Assembly (NCBI RefSeq): GCF_963921235.1
Contig: NC_086108.1
Coordinates: 49,044,001 to 49,108,000, forward strand
Direction: 5' to 3'
Length of the DNA stretch: 64,000 bases
Source of the DNA: Mobula hypostoma
Lineage: Eukaryota
The number at the start of each line of letters is the position of its first letter. Positions within the stretch are counted from its first letter, which is position 1. Shown in pieces: positions 40,415 to 52,900 of the stretch. The notes under the pieces are model-generated. The model was not told where the DNA came from. It was given only the letters and a program-made list of their open reading frames with translations, and searched no databases. A program made the translations under genes and the position numbers.

Positions 40415-42007
40415 CAGGTTTCCCCCGCCATCCGAAGATACAGCGTTCCTATGAAACTGTTCGTAAGCCGGAATGTCGTAAAGCGAAGAAGCAATTACCA
40501 TTTATTTATATGGAAAAATTTGTGAGCGTTCACAGACCCAAAAATAACCTACCAACTCATGCCAAATAACACATAACACCTAAAATAACAGTAACATATA
40601 GTAAAAGCAGGAATATGATAAGATAAATACACAGCCTATATAAATTAGAAATACTTCTCTACAATGATTGCCTGCACTGTTCTCCGTAGCGAAAATCTCA
40701 CGCAAGCACTCTTGGCAGAAACACGGCGCAAGCGTTCTCCAGTAACCTTTGAGCTATGAAGCTGCCAAATCATACCAAATAACACATAAAAATACACAGC
40801 CCATATAAAGTAGAAATAATGTATGTACAGTGTAATATCACTTACGGGAATCGGGAAGACAGCATCGAGCACATTGATGATGGTGTGTTAGGCTGAGTCG
40901 TCGGAGGCTGGGGTGGTGCAGTGGTCCCCACCCCTCCGGGCAGCGAACTGATACCGATCCGTGGAGAATGCAGTGGTCCAGCGGTGGCCGGGACGCACCC
41001 AGCACATCTTTAAGAAAAAAGCCGAAATAAATTGGCAATCGCCTCTGATCTGGGCCGACATTTATGTGCCAGGCTTAGCTTATTTCGGCTTTTTTCTTAA
41101 AGATGTGCTGGATGCCTCCCGGCTACCGCTGCATTCTCTGCGAATCAGTATCTGTACGCGGCCCGAGGGTTGGGACCACTGGGGTGGTGGGACACGGGGG
41201 TGTCATCTCATCGTCAATCAAGGCAGGCAGGTTATCTTCTTCTATAACTGCCCGCCTCGATGTCGAAGGTCGAGGTTCGTCGTCTGCTGTGGCTGATGTG
41301 GAAGGCTTGAAAAGCGACAGCATGCTTGACTGCTTAGCCTCGCGCATTTTTCTATCATACAGTTCTTTGTAAGCACTCAAACCATCTTGCAAATATGCCC
41401 TAAATCGACATACCCGTTCAAAATTAAAGTTGTACTTTATCATTGCAGTGAAAATCTCACACAGTTGTTTCACGTTCAGTTCCTGGAGGACTTCACTTTC
41501 ACTACTGCATTCGGTTTTGATTGTTATCCTTTCCTCTTCCAATTGCATCAGCTCTTCATCTATCAGTTCTTGGTCATGGGATGCCAAAACCTCTTCAACA
41601 TCATCTTCGTCAGCTTTCACAAGCCAAACTAACTTTGTCCTTGCTTCGTTCACCACGATCGAAACGCTTAATTATGTCTAGTTTTACGCTAAGTGTAACA
41701 CCCTTATGAGCTCTTTTAGGCTTTTCCAATACCTTAGAACTCATCTTGCTAACGGCTGCTCACAGGCACGTGTTTAAGCAAGGCCGGCGAGAATGCCATT
41801 CCGAATCCAGGGGAGAGCGGCTGCTTGGGGCGCGCGGCGCGCTGCTTTTTATTGCATGCTACTTTTTTCGTGCACTGCTTTTTCCATGTGCTGCCTTTTT
41901 TCGTAACAGTGAAAACACCTTCTGTTAGCGAAAACAAGTAACTAATGTAGGTCTTTTGTAGCAGCAAGGTTTCGTAAAGCGAACGTTCGAAAAGCGGGGG
42001 ACACCTG
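40415..42007 (-). mobile_element. Internally deleted Tigger/pogo DNA transposon
   Basis: TIRs CAGGTTTCCCCCGCCATCCGAA and (rc) CAGGTGTCCCCCGCTTTTCGAA, TA on both flanks. ORF 41123..41656 is the acidic Tigger transposase C-terminus (EDDVEEVLASHDQELIDEELMQLEE...YKELYD). Confidence 0.85.
40919..41181. mobile_element. 263-bp fold-back hAT MITE nested in the Tigger
   Basis: Ends CAGTGGTCCC...GGGACCACTG, ~110-bp inverted arms, exact 8-bp TSD GGGTGGTG at 40911-40918 and 41182-41189. Confidence 0.85.
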
Positions 42008-42464
42008 TAATTATTCATTTGGGCAAAAGGGAAAACCACAATACATTCTACTTAGATTACATAGAATAGAGAAATCTTTAGCACATTACAGGCCCTTCAG
42101 CCCACCATGTTGTACTGACCATGTATCCTACTCTAGAAACTGCCCAGAATTACCCTACCACAGGGTTCCCCAATTAGTTTTCCACAAGGGCCAAATTATA
42201 TCAAGCATGCTAAGCCAAGGGCCAAAACATCCAAGGTTTTTTTTTCATTGCACCAGTAAGTTGTTTTATGGGAAGATGTTGTTGTTGCTGCTATTACCAT
42301 TAGTAGTAGTAGTAGTAGTAATTTAGGCCTGGGATTCTCAAAGCCTGTGTTGTGGGTCACACAAGAAAAAAATGCACTTTAAACAAAATAAGCCCAAAAC
42401 CAACCATTTAATTATGACTCTAGCTATCACAACTGTTAGCTGTCACATTGAGAACTCATCTGGG

Positions 42465-42466
42465 AC

Positions 42467-42510
<44 letters not shown>
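42465..42510. repeat. (CA)n microsatellite inside the hAT subterminal region
   Basis: Directly visible CA run. Confidence 0.95.
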
Positions 42511-42514
<4 letters not shown>

Positions 42515-43765
42515 CAGTAAGCATGGTAGTCTTCACCACTTCTCTTCCACATAGAGTTTTAATAGTACTGCCTTTTCCATTGTTTCTGTTCTCTCATTTA
42601 ATCTATTTGTTCTTTTTAATTAAGCTATGTAGCATTTGAAGTATGAAGTGTAGCTATAAATGAAATTATCAGTATTATTGCTGTTGTAATATTATTATAC
42701 CACAATAAGATTGACAAATGGAGAAAAATAAATTGATTCACTCACCAATCAGTGAGAGAAGTGACAGTGACAAGATGAAGCAATCCTTCTGATATTGGGC
42801 CTGTATTCTGTTGTGGCAATTCTGAGGCACTGGCCAAGATGTGCATTGGATAGTCTGTTTCTGTCCTGGTTCTTGATAGAGTTCATTGAAGAAAACAATG
42901 ACTCATATATGTACATGAAGGGGAAAGAGTGTGAGTAGGACATTGCAATAGCTCTCGTGTTTTTGAATTGAGCTTGGGGAACCACGTTGATCCAAATGTC
43001 ACTCACCCCAATATCCTTGTGTTGTGCTTTGAGCAAATCAGATGTTCCCATTTCCAAGAACTCCATCTGAAGAGTTGCCTCACCTATGGAAGGCACCAGC
43101 CTTTTGGCCTCTGCAGTCCACTGGCCATCAGCTGAAATGGAAAATGGCTGTCTCAGGAAGAGGAGGATGTCACCTGAGAGTTCAGGGGAGCTTTCAAATC
43201 GTTGCATGAAGTTTTCTGCCAATCTCGTCACGAAATCCTTCATCATTGGATTCTCCCGCATTTCGTTCTTCTCGCAATGCTCCCGCAGACATGGAAAGTG
43301 CAACTTTCTCTCGTGAATGTTTCTCTCCAAAAGGTTCAGTTTTGATCGGAAAGCTTCAATCACCTCGTACATGTCCGCAACAGTGTGGTTGTTGTCTTGT
43401 AATTGCAAATTAAGTTGATTTAGATGAGACATGATGTCACACAAAAAAAGAACATGTGCCATCACCTTGTTGTCATTTAAAAACCTCTTAAATCCTTGGG
43501 CTTTTTGGCTCTGCAGGCTGGATAAAAATGACACAAGCTCATCGCGCAGGTCACACACCTTCTCCAACACACGGCCTTTGCTCAGCCAGCAAACATCATT
43601 ATGCAGCAAAAGATCTTTGTGTTCCGCTGACATTTCCTCCAGCAGTGCTCTGAAAAGGCGATGTTGCAGACTAGAACTCTCATAAACGAAATTTACCAGT
43701 CTCATCACAGTATCCATCGCCTCTTTCATTTCCCCACACAGTTTAGTGCACAAACTGATACGTGA

Positions 43766-46177
43766 ATAGTCATAGTCATACTTTATTAATCCTGGGGGAA
43801 ATTGGTTTTCGTTACAGTTGCTCCATAAATAATAAATAGTAATAGAACCATAAATAGTTAAATAGTAATATGTAAATTATGCCAGTAAATTATGAAATAA
43901 TTCCAGGACCAGCCTATTGGCTCAGGATGTCTGACCCTCCAAGGGAGGAGTTGTAAAGTTTGATGGCCACAGGCAGGAATGACTTCCTATGATGCTCAGT
44001 GCTGCATCTCGGTGGAATGAGTCTCTGGCTGAATGTACTCCTGTGCCCACCCAGTACATTATGTAGTGGATGGGAGACATTGACTAAGATGGCATGCAAC
44101 TTAGACAGCATCCTCTTTTCAGACACCACTGTGAGAGAGTCCAGTTCCATCCCCACAACATCACTGGCCTTACGAATGAGTTTGTTGATTCTGTTGGTGT
44201 CTGCTACTCTCAGCCTGCTGCCTCAGCACACAACAGCAAACATGATAGCACTGGCCACCACAGACTCGTAGAACATCCTCAGCATCATCCGGCAGATGTT
44301 AAAGGACCTCAGTCTCCTCAGGAAATAGAGACGGCTCTGACCCTTCTTGTAGCCAGCCTCAGTGTTCTTTGACCAGTCCAGTTTATTGTCAATTCGTATC
44401 CCCAGGTATTTGTAATCCTCCACCATGTCCACCCTGACCCCCTGGATGGAAACAGGGGTCACCGGTACCTTAACCCTCCTCAGGTCTACCACCAGCTCCT
44501 TAGTCTTTTTCACATTAAGCTGCAGATAATTCTGCTCACACCATGTGACAAAGTTTCCTACCGTAGCCCTGTACTCAGCCACATCTCCCTTGTTGATGCA
44601 TCCAACTATGGCAGAGTCATCCGAAAACTTCTGAAGATGACAAGACTCTGTGCAGTAGTTGAAGTCCGAGGTGTAAATGGTGAAGAGAAAGGGAGACAAC
44701 ACGGTCCCCTGTGGAGCCCCAGTGCTGCTGATCACTCTGTCGGACACACAGTGTTGCAAGCACACGTACTGTGGTCTGCCAGTCAGGTAATCAAGAATCC
44801 ATGATACCATGGAAGCATCCACCTGCATCGCTGTCAGCTTCTCCCTCAGCAGAGCAGGGTGGATGGTGTTGAACGCACTGGAGAAGTCAAAAAACATGAC
44901 TCTCACAGTGCTCGCTGACTTGTCCAGGTGGGCGTAGACACGGTTCAGCAGGAAGACTATGGCATCCTCAACTCCTAGTCCGGGCTGGTTGGCGAACTGG
45001 AGGGGATCTAAGTGTGGCCTGACTATAGACCGGAGCAGCTCCAGAACGAGTCTCTCCAGGGTCTTCATGATGTGGGAGGTCAATGTCACCGGTCTGTAGT
45101 CATTGAGGCCGCTGGGGCGCGGCGTCTTCGGCACAGGGACGAGGCAGGATGTCTTCCACAATACAGGAACCCTCCGGAGCCTCAGGCTCAGGTTAAATAC
45201 ATGGCGAAGTACTCCACATAGCTGAGGGGAACAGGCTTTCAGCACCCTGGTACTGACACCATCCGGTCCTGCAGCCTTGCTTGGGTTGAGACGTTTCAAC
45301 TGTCTTCTCACCTGTAGAGCTGTGAAGCCCACCGTGATGGTTTCATGTGGGGAAGGGGTATAGTCATGAGAGCAGGGTGGGGGACTGTGAGGAAGGGTAG
45401 GAGGGGAGAGTGGAATATGTGTTGGTTGGGGGCCGACAACAGATGGCTCATGTGTGGGATGGGCAGGGGCCACGCTGTCAAATCTGTTAAAGAACAGGTT
45501 AAGTTCATTGGCCCTGTCCACACTGCCTTCCGCTCCTCTGTTGCTAGTTTGCCGGAACCCAGTGATGGTCCTCATCCCCCTCCAGACCACTCTCATGTTG
45601 TTCTGCTGGAGTTTCCACTCAAGATTCCTCCTGTAGCTGTCTTTAGCCTCCCTAATCCTGGCTTTCAGGTCACTCTGTTTTGCCCTCAGCTCTTCACTAT
45701 TTCCATCTCTAAACACCCTCTTTTTAGTGTTCAGGATGTCCTTAATGTCCTTTGTCACCCATGGCTTGTTATTTGAATAACAAAGGACCGTTCTTGTCGG
45801 AACATTGCAGTCCACACAGAAGTTGATGTAATCAGTGATGCACTCTGTGAGCCCATCAATATCCTCTCCATGTGGCTCACAGAGTGCCTGCCAGTCTGTC
45901 ACCTCAAAGCAACCCTGGAGCGCCTCATAAGCCTCCTCCGACCATTTTCTCACTGCCCTTGAGGTTGCAGGTTTACTCTTCACCAGAGGCACGTAACAGG
46001 GTTTTAGATGCACCAGGTTGTGATCTGACCTTCCCAGTGGGGGGAGGGGAGAGGAGCTGTATGCATCCTTAACATTAGCGTACATCAAATCCAGAGTCCT
46101 CTCCCCTGTGGTTGTACAGCTCACATACTGCGTGAAGTTGGGCAGTGTTCTAGCCATGATAACCTGGTTGAAGTCAC
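43766..46177 (-). mobile_element. Young 5'-truncated Rex1/Babar LINE with nearly intact EN-RT frame
   Basis: 644-aa ORF (LGRSDHN, DYRPVTLTS, FFDFSSAFNTI, GAPQGTVLSPFLF, KFSDDS). Continues in the same frame as ORF 43914..44156 after one TGA; (ATGACT)n tail. Confidence 0.92.
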
Positions 46178-49100
46178 GAATGAAATGTCAAGAGTGTTGG
46201 GTTAACAGTGGCAAACCTGCTTACCAAGCCCTTGTGTTGTCCCACCATCGACGGAGCCCCATTGGTGAAAACGGACACAATTTTGCTCACATCCAAGCCA
46301 TTCTTCTCAAAGAACTGTGTCAGTTTGTTGAAAATTATTTCCCCAGTTGTGCGCCCAGGCAGAGGAATCAAACAAAGTAGCTCTTCCCGAAAGGTCTTCC
46401 CATCAAAAAATCTTGCAAACACAGATAGCTCTTCCATATCGGTTCAGTCACAGGACAAGTCTATGGCTAGTGATATGGCTTCTGCTTTCTCCAAATCGGT
46501 GAACAGATTGGAAAAACACTCCTCCGCTAAAACTTCCGTTGTTCTTGTTGTGTTAGCCGACAATGGTGCCGTCTTTAATAGCTCCACAACCGTTTTTTTG
46601 GTTTTCTCATCTTGACTTAAAACTTTGCCAACTATATCAATTGCACACGTTTTAATCAACTCGGCATCACGCACTCTATGGGGGGGGACATAGGTCAAGT
46701 GTACGGTGTGGGATGAGGTTAAGATAAATTAGAGCAGCGCGCACTTTATTTACATGTTGTGACAGGTGCGTTCATGTAAGTGCCAATGGGTCAGCGCGGT
46801 CCAGACATTTGGTTCTCGTGGTCCAAACCTGGCCTGCAGTCCGCCTATTGAGGTTCCCTGCCCTACCACATAGCCCTCTATTTTCCTGAGCTCCATGTAC
46901 CATCTAAGAGACTCTTAAAAGACCGTATTGTATCTGCCTCCACAACTGTTACCGGCAGTGCATTCCATGCACCCACTGCTCTCTGTATGAAAAACTTACC
47001 CCGACATCCCCTCTGTACCTATGTCCAAGCACCTTAAAACTATGACCTGTCTTGTTAGCCATTTCAGCCTGGGAAAAAAGCCTCTGGCTATCCACACGAT
47101 CAATGCCTCTCATCATCTTATACACCTCCATCAGGTCACCTCTCATTCTCCGTCACTCCAAAGAGAAAAGGCCAAGTTCAGTAACCTATTCTCATAAGGC
47201 ACACTCTCCAATCCAGGCAACATCCTTGTAAATCTCCTCTGCACTCTCTCTACTGAATCCACATCTTTCCTGTAGTGAGGTGATCAGAACTGAACACAAT
47301 ACTTCAAGTGAGGTCTGACCAAGGTCTAATATAGCTGTACTATTACCTCACAGCTCTTGAACTCAATCCCATGGTTGATAAATGCCAACACACCATACGC
47401 CTTCTTAACAACAGTCAACCTGCGCAGCAGCTCTGCGTGTCCTATGGACACAAACCCCAATATCTCTCTGATCCTCCACACTGCCAAAAGTCTTACCATT
47501 AATACTATATTCTGCCTTCAAATTTGATTTATCAAAATGAACCACTTCACACTCATCTAGGTTGAACTCCATCTGCCACTTCTCAGCCCAGTTCTGCATC
47601 CTATCAATGTTGTGCTGTAACCTCTGACAACCCTCCAGACTATCCACAACACCCCCAACTTTTGTGTCATCAGCAAACTTATTAACTCACTCTTCTACTT
47701 CTTCATCCAGGTCATTTATAAAAAATCACGAAGGTGAGGGGGTCCAAGAACAGATTTCTGCAGAACACCACTGGTCACCGAGCTCCATGCAGAATACGAA
47801 CCATCTACAACTACCCTTTGACTTCTGTGGGCAAGCTAGTTCTGGATCCACAAAGCAAGGTCTCCTTGGATCCCATGCCTCCTTACTTTCTGAATGAACC
47901 TTGAATGGGGAACCTTATCAAATACCTTACTGAAATCCATATACACTACATCTACTGCTCTACCTTGGTCAATCTGTTTTGTTAAATCCTCAAAGAATTC
48001 AATCAGGCTTGGAAGGCACAACCTGCCCTTGACAAAGCCATGCTAACTATCACTAATCAGATTATGCCTCTCCAAATGCTCATAAATCCCACCCCTCAGG
48101 ATCTTCAACAACTTGCCCACCACTGAAGTAAGTCTCACTGGTCTATAATTTCTTGAGTTATCTCTACTTCCTTTCTTGAACAAGGAAACAACATTTGCAA
48201 GCCTCCAATCCTCTGGTACTTCTCCCATCCCTGTTGATGATGCAAAGATCATTGCCAGAGGCTCAGCAATCTCCTCCCTCACTTCGCACAGTAGCCTGGG
48301 GTGCATCTCGTCTGGCCCTGGCAATTTACCTAACTTAATGCTTTTTAAAAGCTCCAGCATATCCTCTTTCCTAATGTCTATATGCTCAAGCGTTTCAGTC
48401 CGCTGTAAGTCATCCCCACCATTGGTGAGGTCCTTTTCCCTGGTGAATACTGAAGCAAAGTATTCATTAAGTACTTCCACTACCCCCTCAGACTCCATGC
48501 ACATATTTCCACTATCACACCTGATTGGTCCTATTCTAATACTGCTTACCATCTTGCTCTTCACATACTCGTTAAATGCCTTTGGGTTTTCCTTAACCCT
48601 GCTCACCAAGGCCTTCTCTTGGCCCCTTCTAGCTCTACTAATTTCATTTTTAAGCTCCTTCCTGGCAACCTTGTAATTTTCTAGAACTCTTGTCAGTACC
48701 TAGTTTCTTGAACCTTTCGTAAGCTTTTCTTTTCTTAATTAGATTTTCCTCATCCTTTGTACACCATGGTTCTTTTACCCTACTAATCTTTCCCTGCCTC
48801 AATGGAACATACCTATGCAGCACGCTATGCAAATATTCCCTGAACATTTGCCACATTTCTTCTGTGCATTTCCCTGAGAACATCTGCTCCCAAGTTCCTG
48901 CCTAGTATTTCCCCATACCCCGATTAAATGTTTTCCCAAGTTGTCTGCCCCTATCCCTTTCCTGCACTATGGTAAAGGAGATCGAGTTGTGATCACCACC
49001 TCTAAAATGCTTTCCCACTAAGAGATATGACACCTCACCAGGTACATTTCCCAATACCAGATCAAGTACAGCCTTTCCTCTAGTTGGCTTATCTATATAT

Positions 49101-50072
49101 TGTGTCAGGAAACCTTCCTGTACACACCTAACAAACTCCACCCCATCTAAACCACTTGCTCTAAGGAGATGCCAGTCAATATAAGGAAAGTTAAAATCTC
49201 CCATCACACCAACCCTATTGATATTGCACCGTTCCACAATCTGCTCCTCAATATCCCAGTTACTATTGGAGGGTCTATAAAACACTCCATAGAGTTATTG
49301 CCCCCCTTGTTTCTGATTTCCACCCACACTGACTCAGTAGATAATCCCTCCATGACTTCCTCCTTTTCTGTAGTTATGACACTATCCCTAATAAGCAATG
49401 CTACACCCCCACCTCTTTTGTCTCCCTCTCTGTTGTTTTTGAAACATCTAGAACCTGGCACACTCAGCAGCCATTCCTGCCCCTGACAGATCCAAGTCTC
49501 TGTAATGGCCAAACATCATAGTTCCACATATTCATCCGCCTTGGTTATGATACTCCTTTCATGAAATAGACACGTCTCAAACTATCAGGCTGAGTGTATC
49601 TTTGCTCTATCAACTGCCTATCCTTCCTCACCAACTCCCTACAAGCTGTCTCTACTTGTGCGACAACTACTCCATCCTCTGCCTCTTCACTTCGGCTCCA
49701 ACCCCCCTGCAAATCTAGTTTAAAGCTTATTGTACTAAGTAGTGTTCCTGCTTCAATAATCTTAAAGTTTAAAAATCTAGAGCTCTTAGTTATAAATATA
49801 GTCAGCAAACAAGCATTCATTGAACTCTGCAATGGAAAGATTCACAAATTGAAAAAAGAAATTTCTCATTAAATTGGAATTTGTAACAGCTTCTAGAATC
49901 TACAGTAAGGAAAATTTGGACTCATCATCCATAGATGATTCCGGTGAAATAAACCGAAAAATTCTGATGCCCATTGAGGTATAAGGTATAAGGTATAATT
50001 GCATGTTCAAGCAGCTGCACTTTGGCTTACTGTTCAATTACAAATAGTGAGAATGTGTACAATCAACACATT

Positions 50073-52900
50073 GGGGTGTATGGGGTTTCCAGGGAGGGAT
50101 AGTGCATCTGGTGGCAGGCTTGTCATGCACCACCCAGGGACAGCTCATTCACCTTTGGTTCCCACCTGCCACCCAGCTCTCACCTGTGGCTCCAAGTAAA
50201 TGTGTGCATGTACACCACTTCAACAGGTGGGCTAAACCAAGTGAGGGTAGCTGGGAACCTCCAACCCTGGTGAGATAGGAATGTGCCTACACCAGCACAT
50301 GAAGCTAGTTCCAGCGGACTAGGCAGATGAGATCAACTACAACAGGGGTCACTAACCTTTTTTGCACCGCGGATCGGTTTAATTTTGACAATATTCTTGC
50401 GGACTGGCGGGGGGGGGGTGGTTATTAATCACAACCGGAATATAGGTGATAAGTCAACTATAAGTTACTTGTAAGTGGCTAATACACTCAATTTTGTTTC
50501 TAAAAGGGTTTATCTAATGAATTTAATATTAACCACACAGCGCATATTTTCCTCATATGAACATACAAAATCATTGCAACACACCAGTATCGCTGAATCA
50601 CTGGGAGCCCTGTGCTTGTTTCCCTGCAACAAGACAGTCCCATCGAGGGATGATGGGAGACAGCGATACTTGAAGGGGGTTCCTTATGTCCAGTCTATTC
50701 CACAATTTAGTTTTCATTGCATTCATTGCAGAAAACTCTGCTTCACAGCGATATGATGTTGGAAATGGAAGCAACGTTTTCAGTGCTTTCATGGCTATCT
50801 CAAGATACTCAGCCTTGACTTTGATCCAGAATGCCGGCAGAGATGTTACGTCAAACATACTTTTCAGCCCACCATCATTTGCAAGCTTGGGGAGTTGATC
50901 TTCTTCCCACGCTGACATGGATGATTCACCAGGGACATTCACAAATGGGTCATGGGCCCATTCTTTTGCACGTCTTGGGTCATTTGCTGTTGGGAAGTAA
51001 CGCTCGAATTCTGTCGACAGCAAAGATAGGTGATCGCGCACCAGCTGTGAGAAGGACTGTGTAGCCTCAGCCTCTCCCAAAATCCCAGCTAATGTTGGGA
51101 ACATGTCAAATATGCCCCTGTCCACCTGCCGTCCCTGCAGTTCCAGTTTGGCTTTGAAAGCAGACACTTTATCTGCCAACTTGAAGACAGTTGTCATTCT
51201 CCCCGGAAGCGACAAATTGAGTTCATTGAGCAGGTTGAAGATGTCACACAGATAAGCGAGTTTTGCTATTCACTCCTCGTCACTGAAGTGCACTGCCAGT
51301 GGTGACTTTTTTCCTGAAAGAAATTTCCTTAGCGGCTCTCTTAACTCAAAAACCCTGGCCAGGGCTCTCCCCGTTGATAGCTACCTCATTTTAGTGTGTA
51401 AGAGAAGGCATTTGTGCCCTACATCCATTTCCTCACAAAGTTGCTCAAACAGAGGTGAGTTAAGGGCTTTTGCTTTGATGTGATTGATAAGTTCAACAAC
51501 GTCACTCAATATGCCGTTAAGATCAGGTGACATTTTTCGGCTAGCCAGCATTTCCCTGTGTATGACACAGTGTGTAGACTGGCATTCAGGAGCAACCTCT
51601 TTGACTCGGGTAGTGAAACCAGACAGCCGTCCAGTCATAGCTGCAGCCCCGTCTGTGCATATTCCAACACAGAATGACCAGTCCAGTTTGCTTGACATGT
51701 AGTCATTCAAAGACTTGAATAGTTGTGCCCCAGTTGTGTTAGTTGGGTGCGGCAGTGCACACAACATATCCTCGTGCACGTCGTCTTGAAATATATATCG
51801 CACATAAACCAACAGTATTGCCTTGTTGTCGACATCGGTAGACTTGTCGACCTGGATAGCATACCATGGTGACTCGTTAAGCCGTTCCAACAGCTGTGCT
51901 TCAATGTCCTCTGCTATGTCATCGATTCTCCTTGAAACTGTGGTAGCTGAAAGAGAAACCCGTGCCATCTTGTTAGCTGCAGCTTCTCCCAACAGTTCAC
52001 GGCACATGTCCTTGGCAGCAGGCAGAATCAATTCTTCACCAACAGTGAAAGGCTTCTTAGCCTTAGCAATACGGCTAGCCACTAAGTACAATGCTCTAAG
52101 AGCAGCAGTATTTGTGGAGATGGTGGCTCTCAGCACTTGCTTCTGTCCCGCTTGCTCACGTTTTTTTCGCTCAAAAAACTCAACGAGTTTCTCTTTAAGT
52201 TCAGGGTGCTTGGACTCAAGGTGCCGAAGCAGAGTTGAGAGTTTCATTGCCTCATTAGACAGCTTGTCTCCACATATCACACACAGGGGGCTTGAAGCGT
52301 GTGAGTCACCAGTTGCATTAAAGCCATATTTTATGTACAACTTGTCGTATTTTCTGTTGAAGGAAGCTTTCTTTTTGTTTTGCAGTCTCGGCCTCAACTG
52401 TCTCTGTGTTATCATCATCGTTAGGCCTTTTTCCCCTACCACCTCTTCCAAAGAAGCTCTCAAGCAATGTTTGTTTTTCACTCATCAAGTAGTTGTAGGT
52501 TAATGACCGACTGATGACCTCGCGTGCATTCAAGTTCAACAGTGGACGTGACAGGAAATGAGAAAAGGTGCAGCTGACTCATATCATTTCATACTGCCAA
52601 GTCATGTCGTTTCCTCGCGGCCTGGTAGAACATGCTCTGCGGCCTGGTACCGGTCCATGGCCTGGTGGTTGTGGACCACTGAACTACAAGATCCAATAGC
52701 CAAGAAGGCGGTGCTACAACGCTTTGTGGAGAGCAATGGGTATGACAAGGCACAGTAGGCATCGTGCCTATCCACTGCATTCATGACGATTTTTTTGTAC
52801 CATTGGACCAAGATTTTTGAGGCAGAGAGGATGGAACTGCCCCAGTGCCATGACTTTTTCACTATAAAACTCCTCCCGCACAGGTTACGTCATTGAAGGA
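50073..52900 (+). mobile_element. Old non-coding retroelement 5' region (RTE-like by inference), split by the Buster hAT
   Basis: GC-richer block starting GGGGTGTATGGGG that continues across the hAT TSD; family assignment is inferred only. Confidence 0.4.
50343..52681 (-). mobile_element. Full-length Buster/Charlie hAT transposon (ZBED5/SCAND3-like transposase), frameshifted
   Basis: TIRs CAGGGGTCACTAACC and (rc) CAGTGGTCCACAACC; exact TSD AACTACAA at 50335-50342 and 52682-52689. BED finger (CVICGDKLSNEAMK...LRHLESKH); catalytic motifs IQVDKSTD, ICTDGAAAM, HCVIHRE, YRCEAEFS. Confidence 0.93.

Larger units (their letters stand above)
42161..46860 (-). mobile_element. Buster-type hAT transposon (GTF2IRD2/SPIN-like transposase), internally deleted and interrupted by Rex1
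   Basis: TIRs CAGGGTTCCCCAAT and (rc) CAGGGAACCTCAAT; exact TSD CCCTACCA at 42153-42160 and 46861-46868. Transposase pieces SLAIDLSCD, VFTNGAPSMVG, LLHNDVCWLSKG, YESLFS. Confidence 0.9.
42058..49722 (-). mobile_element. CR1 LINE ORF2 (49722-46869) with its 3' tail (42160-42058) displaced by the hAT insertion
   Basis: MAITETW...RGGGVALLI (EN), YMDFSKVFDKVPH (RT), RGDLMEVYK; the 3'UTR is split exactly at the hAT TSD. Confidence 0.87.

Noticed and set aside
42749..43753. GTF2IRD2-like host gene (334-aa ORF)
   Set aside because: C-terminal half of a hAT transposase inside TIRs/TSD, cut off by a LINE insertion.
50598..52481. Domesticated ZBED5/SCAND3-like host gene
   Set aside because: Frameshifted, and bounded by TIRs and an exact 8-bp TSD, so it is a transposon copy.
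51823..52503. 226-aa plus-strand ORF
   Set aside because: Antisense shadow of the hAT transposase frame.
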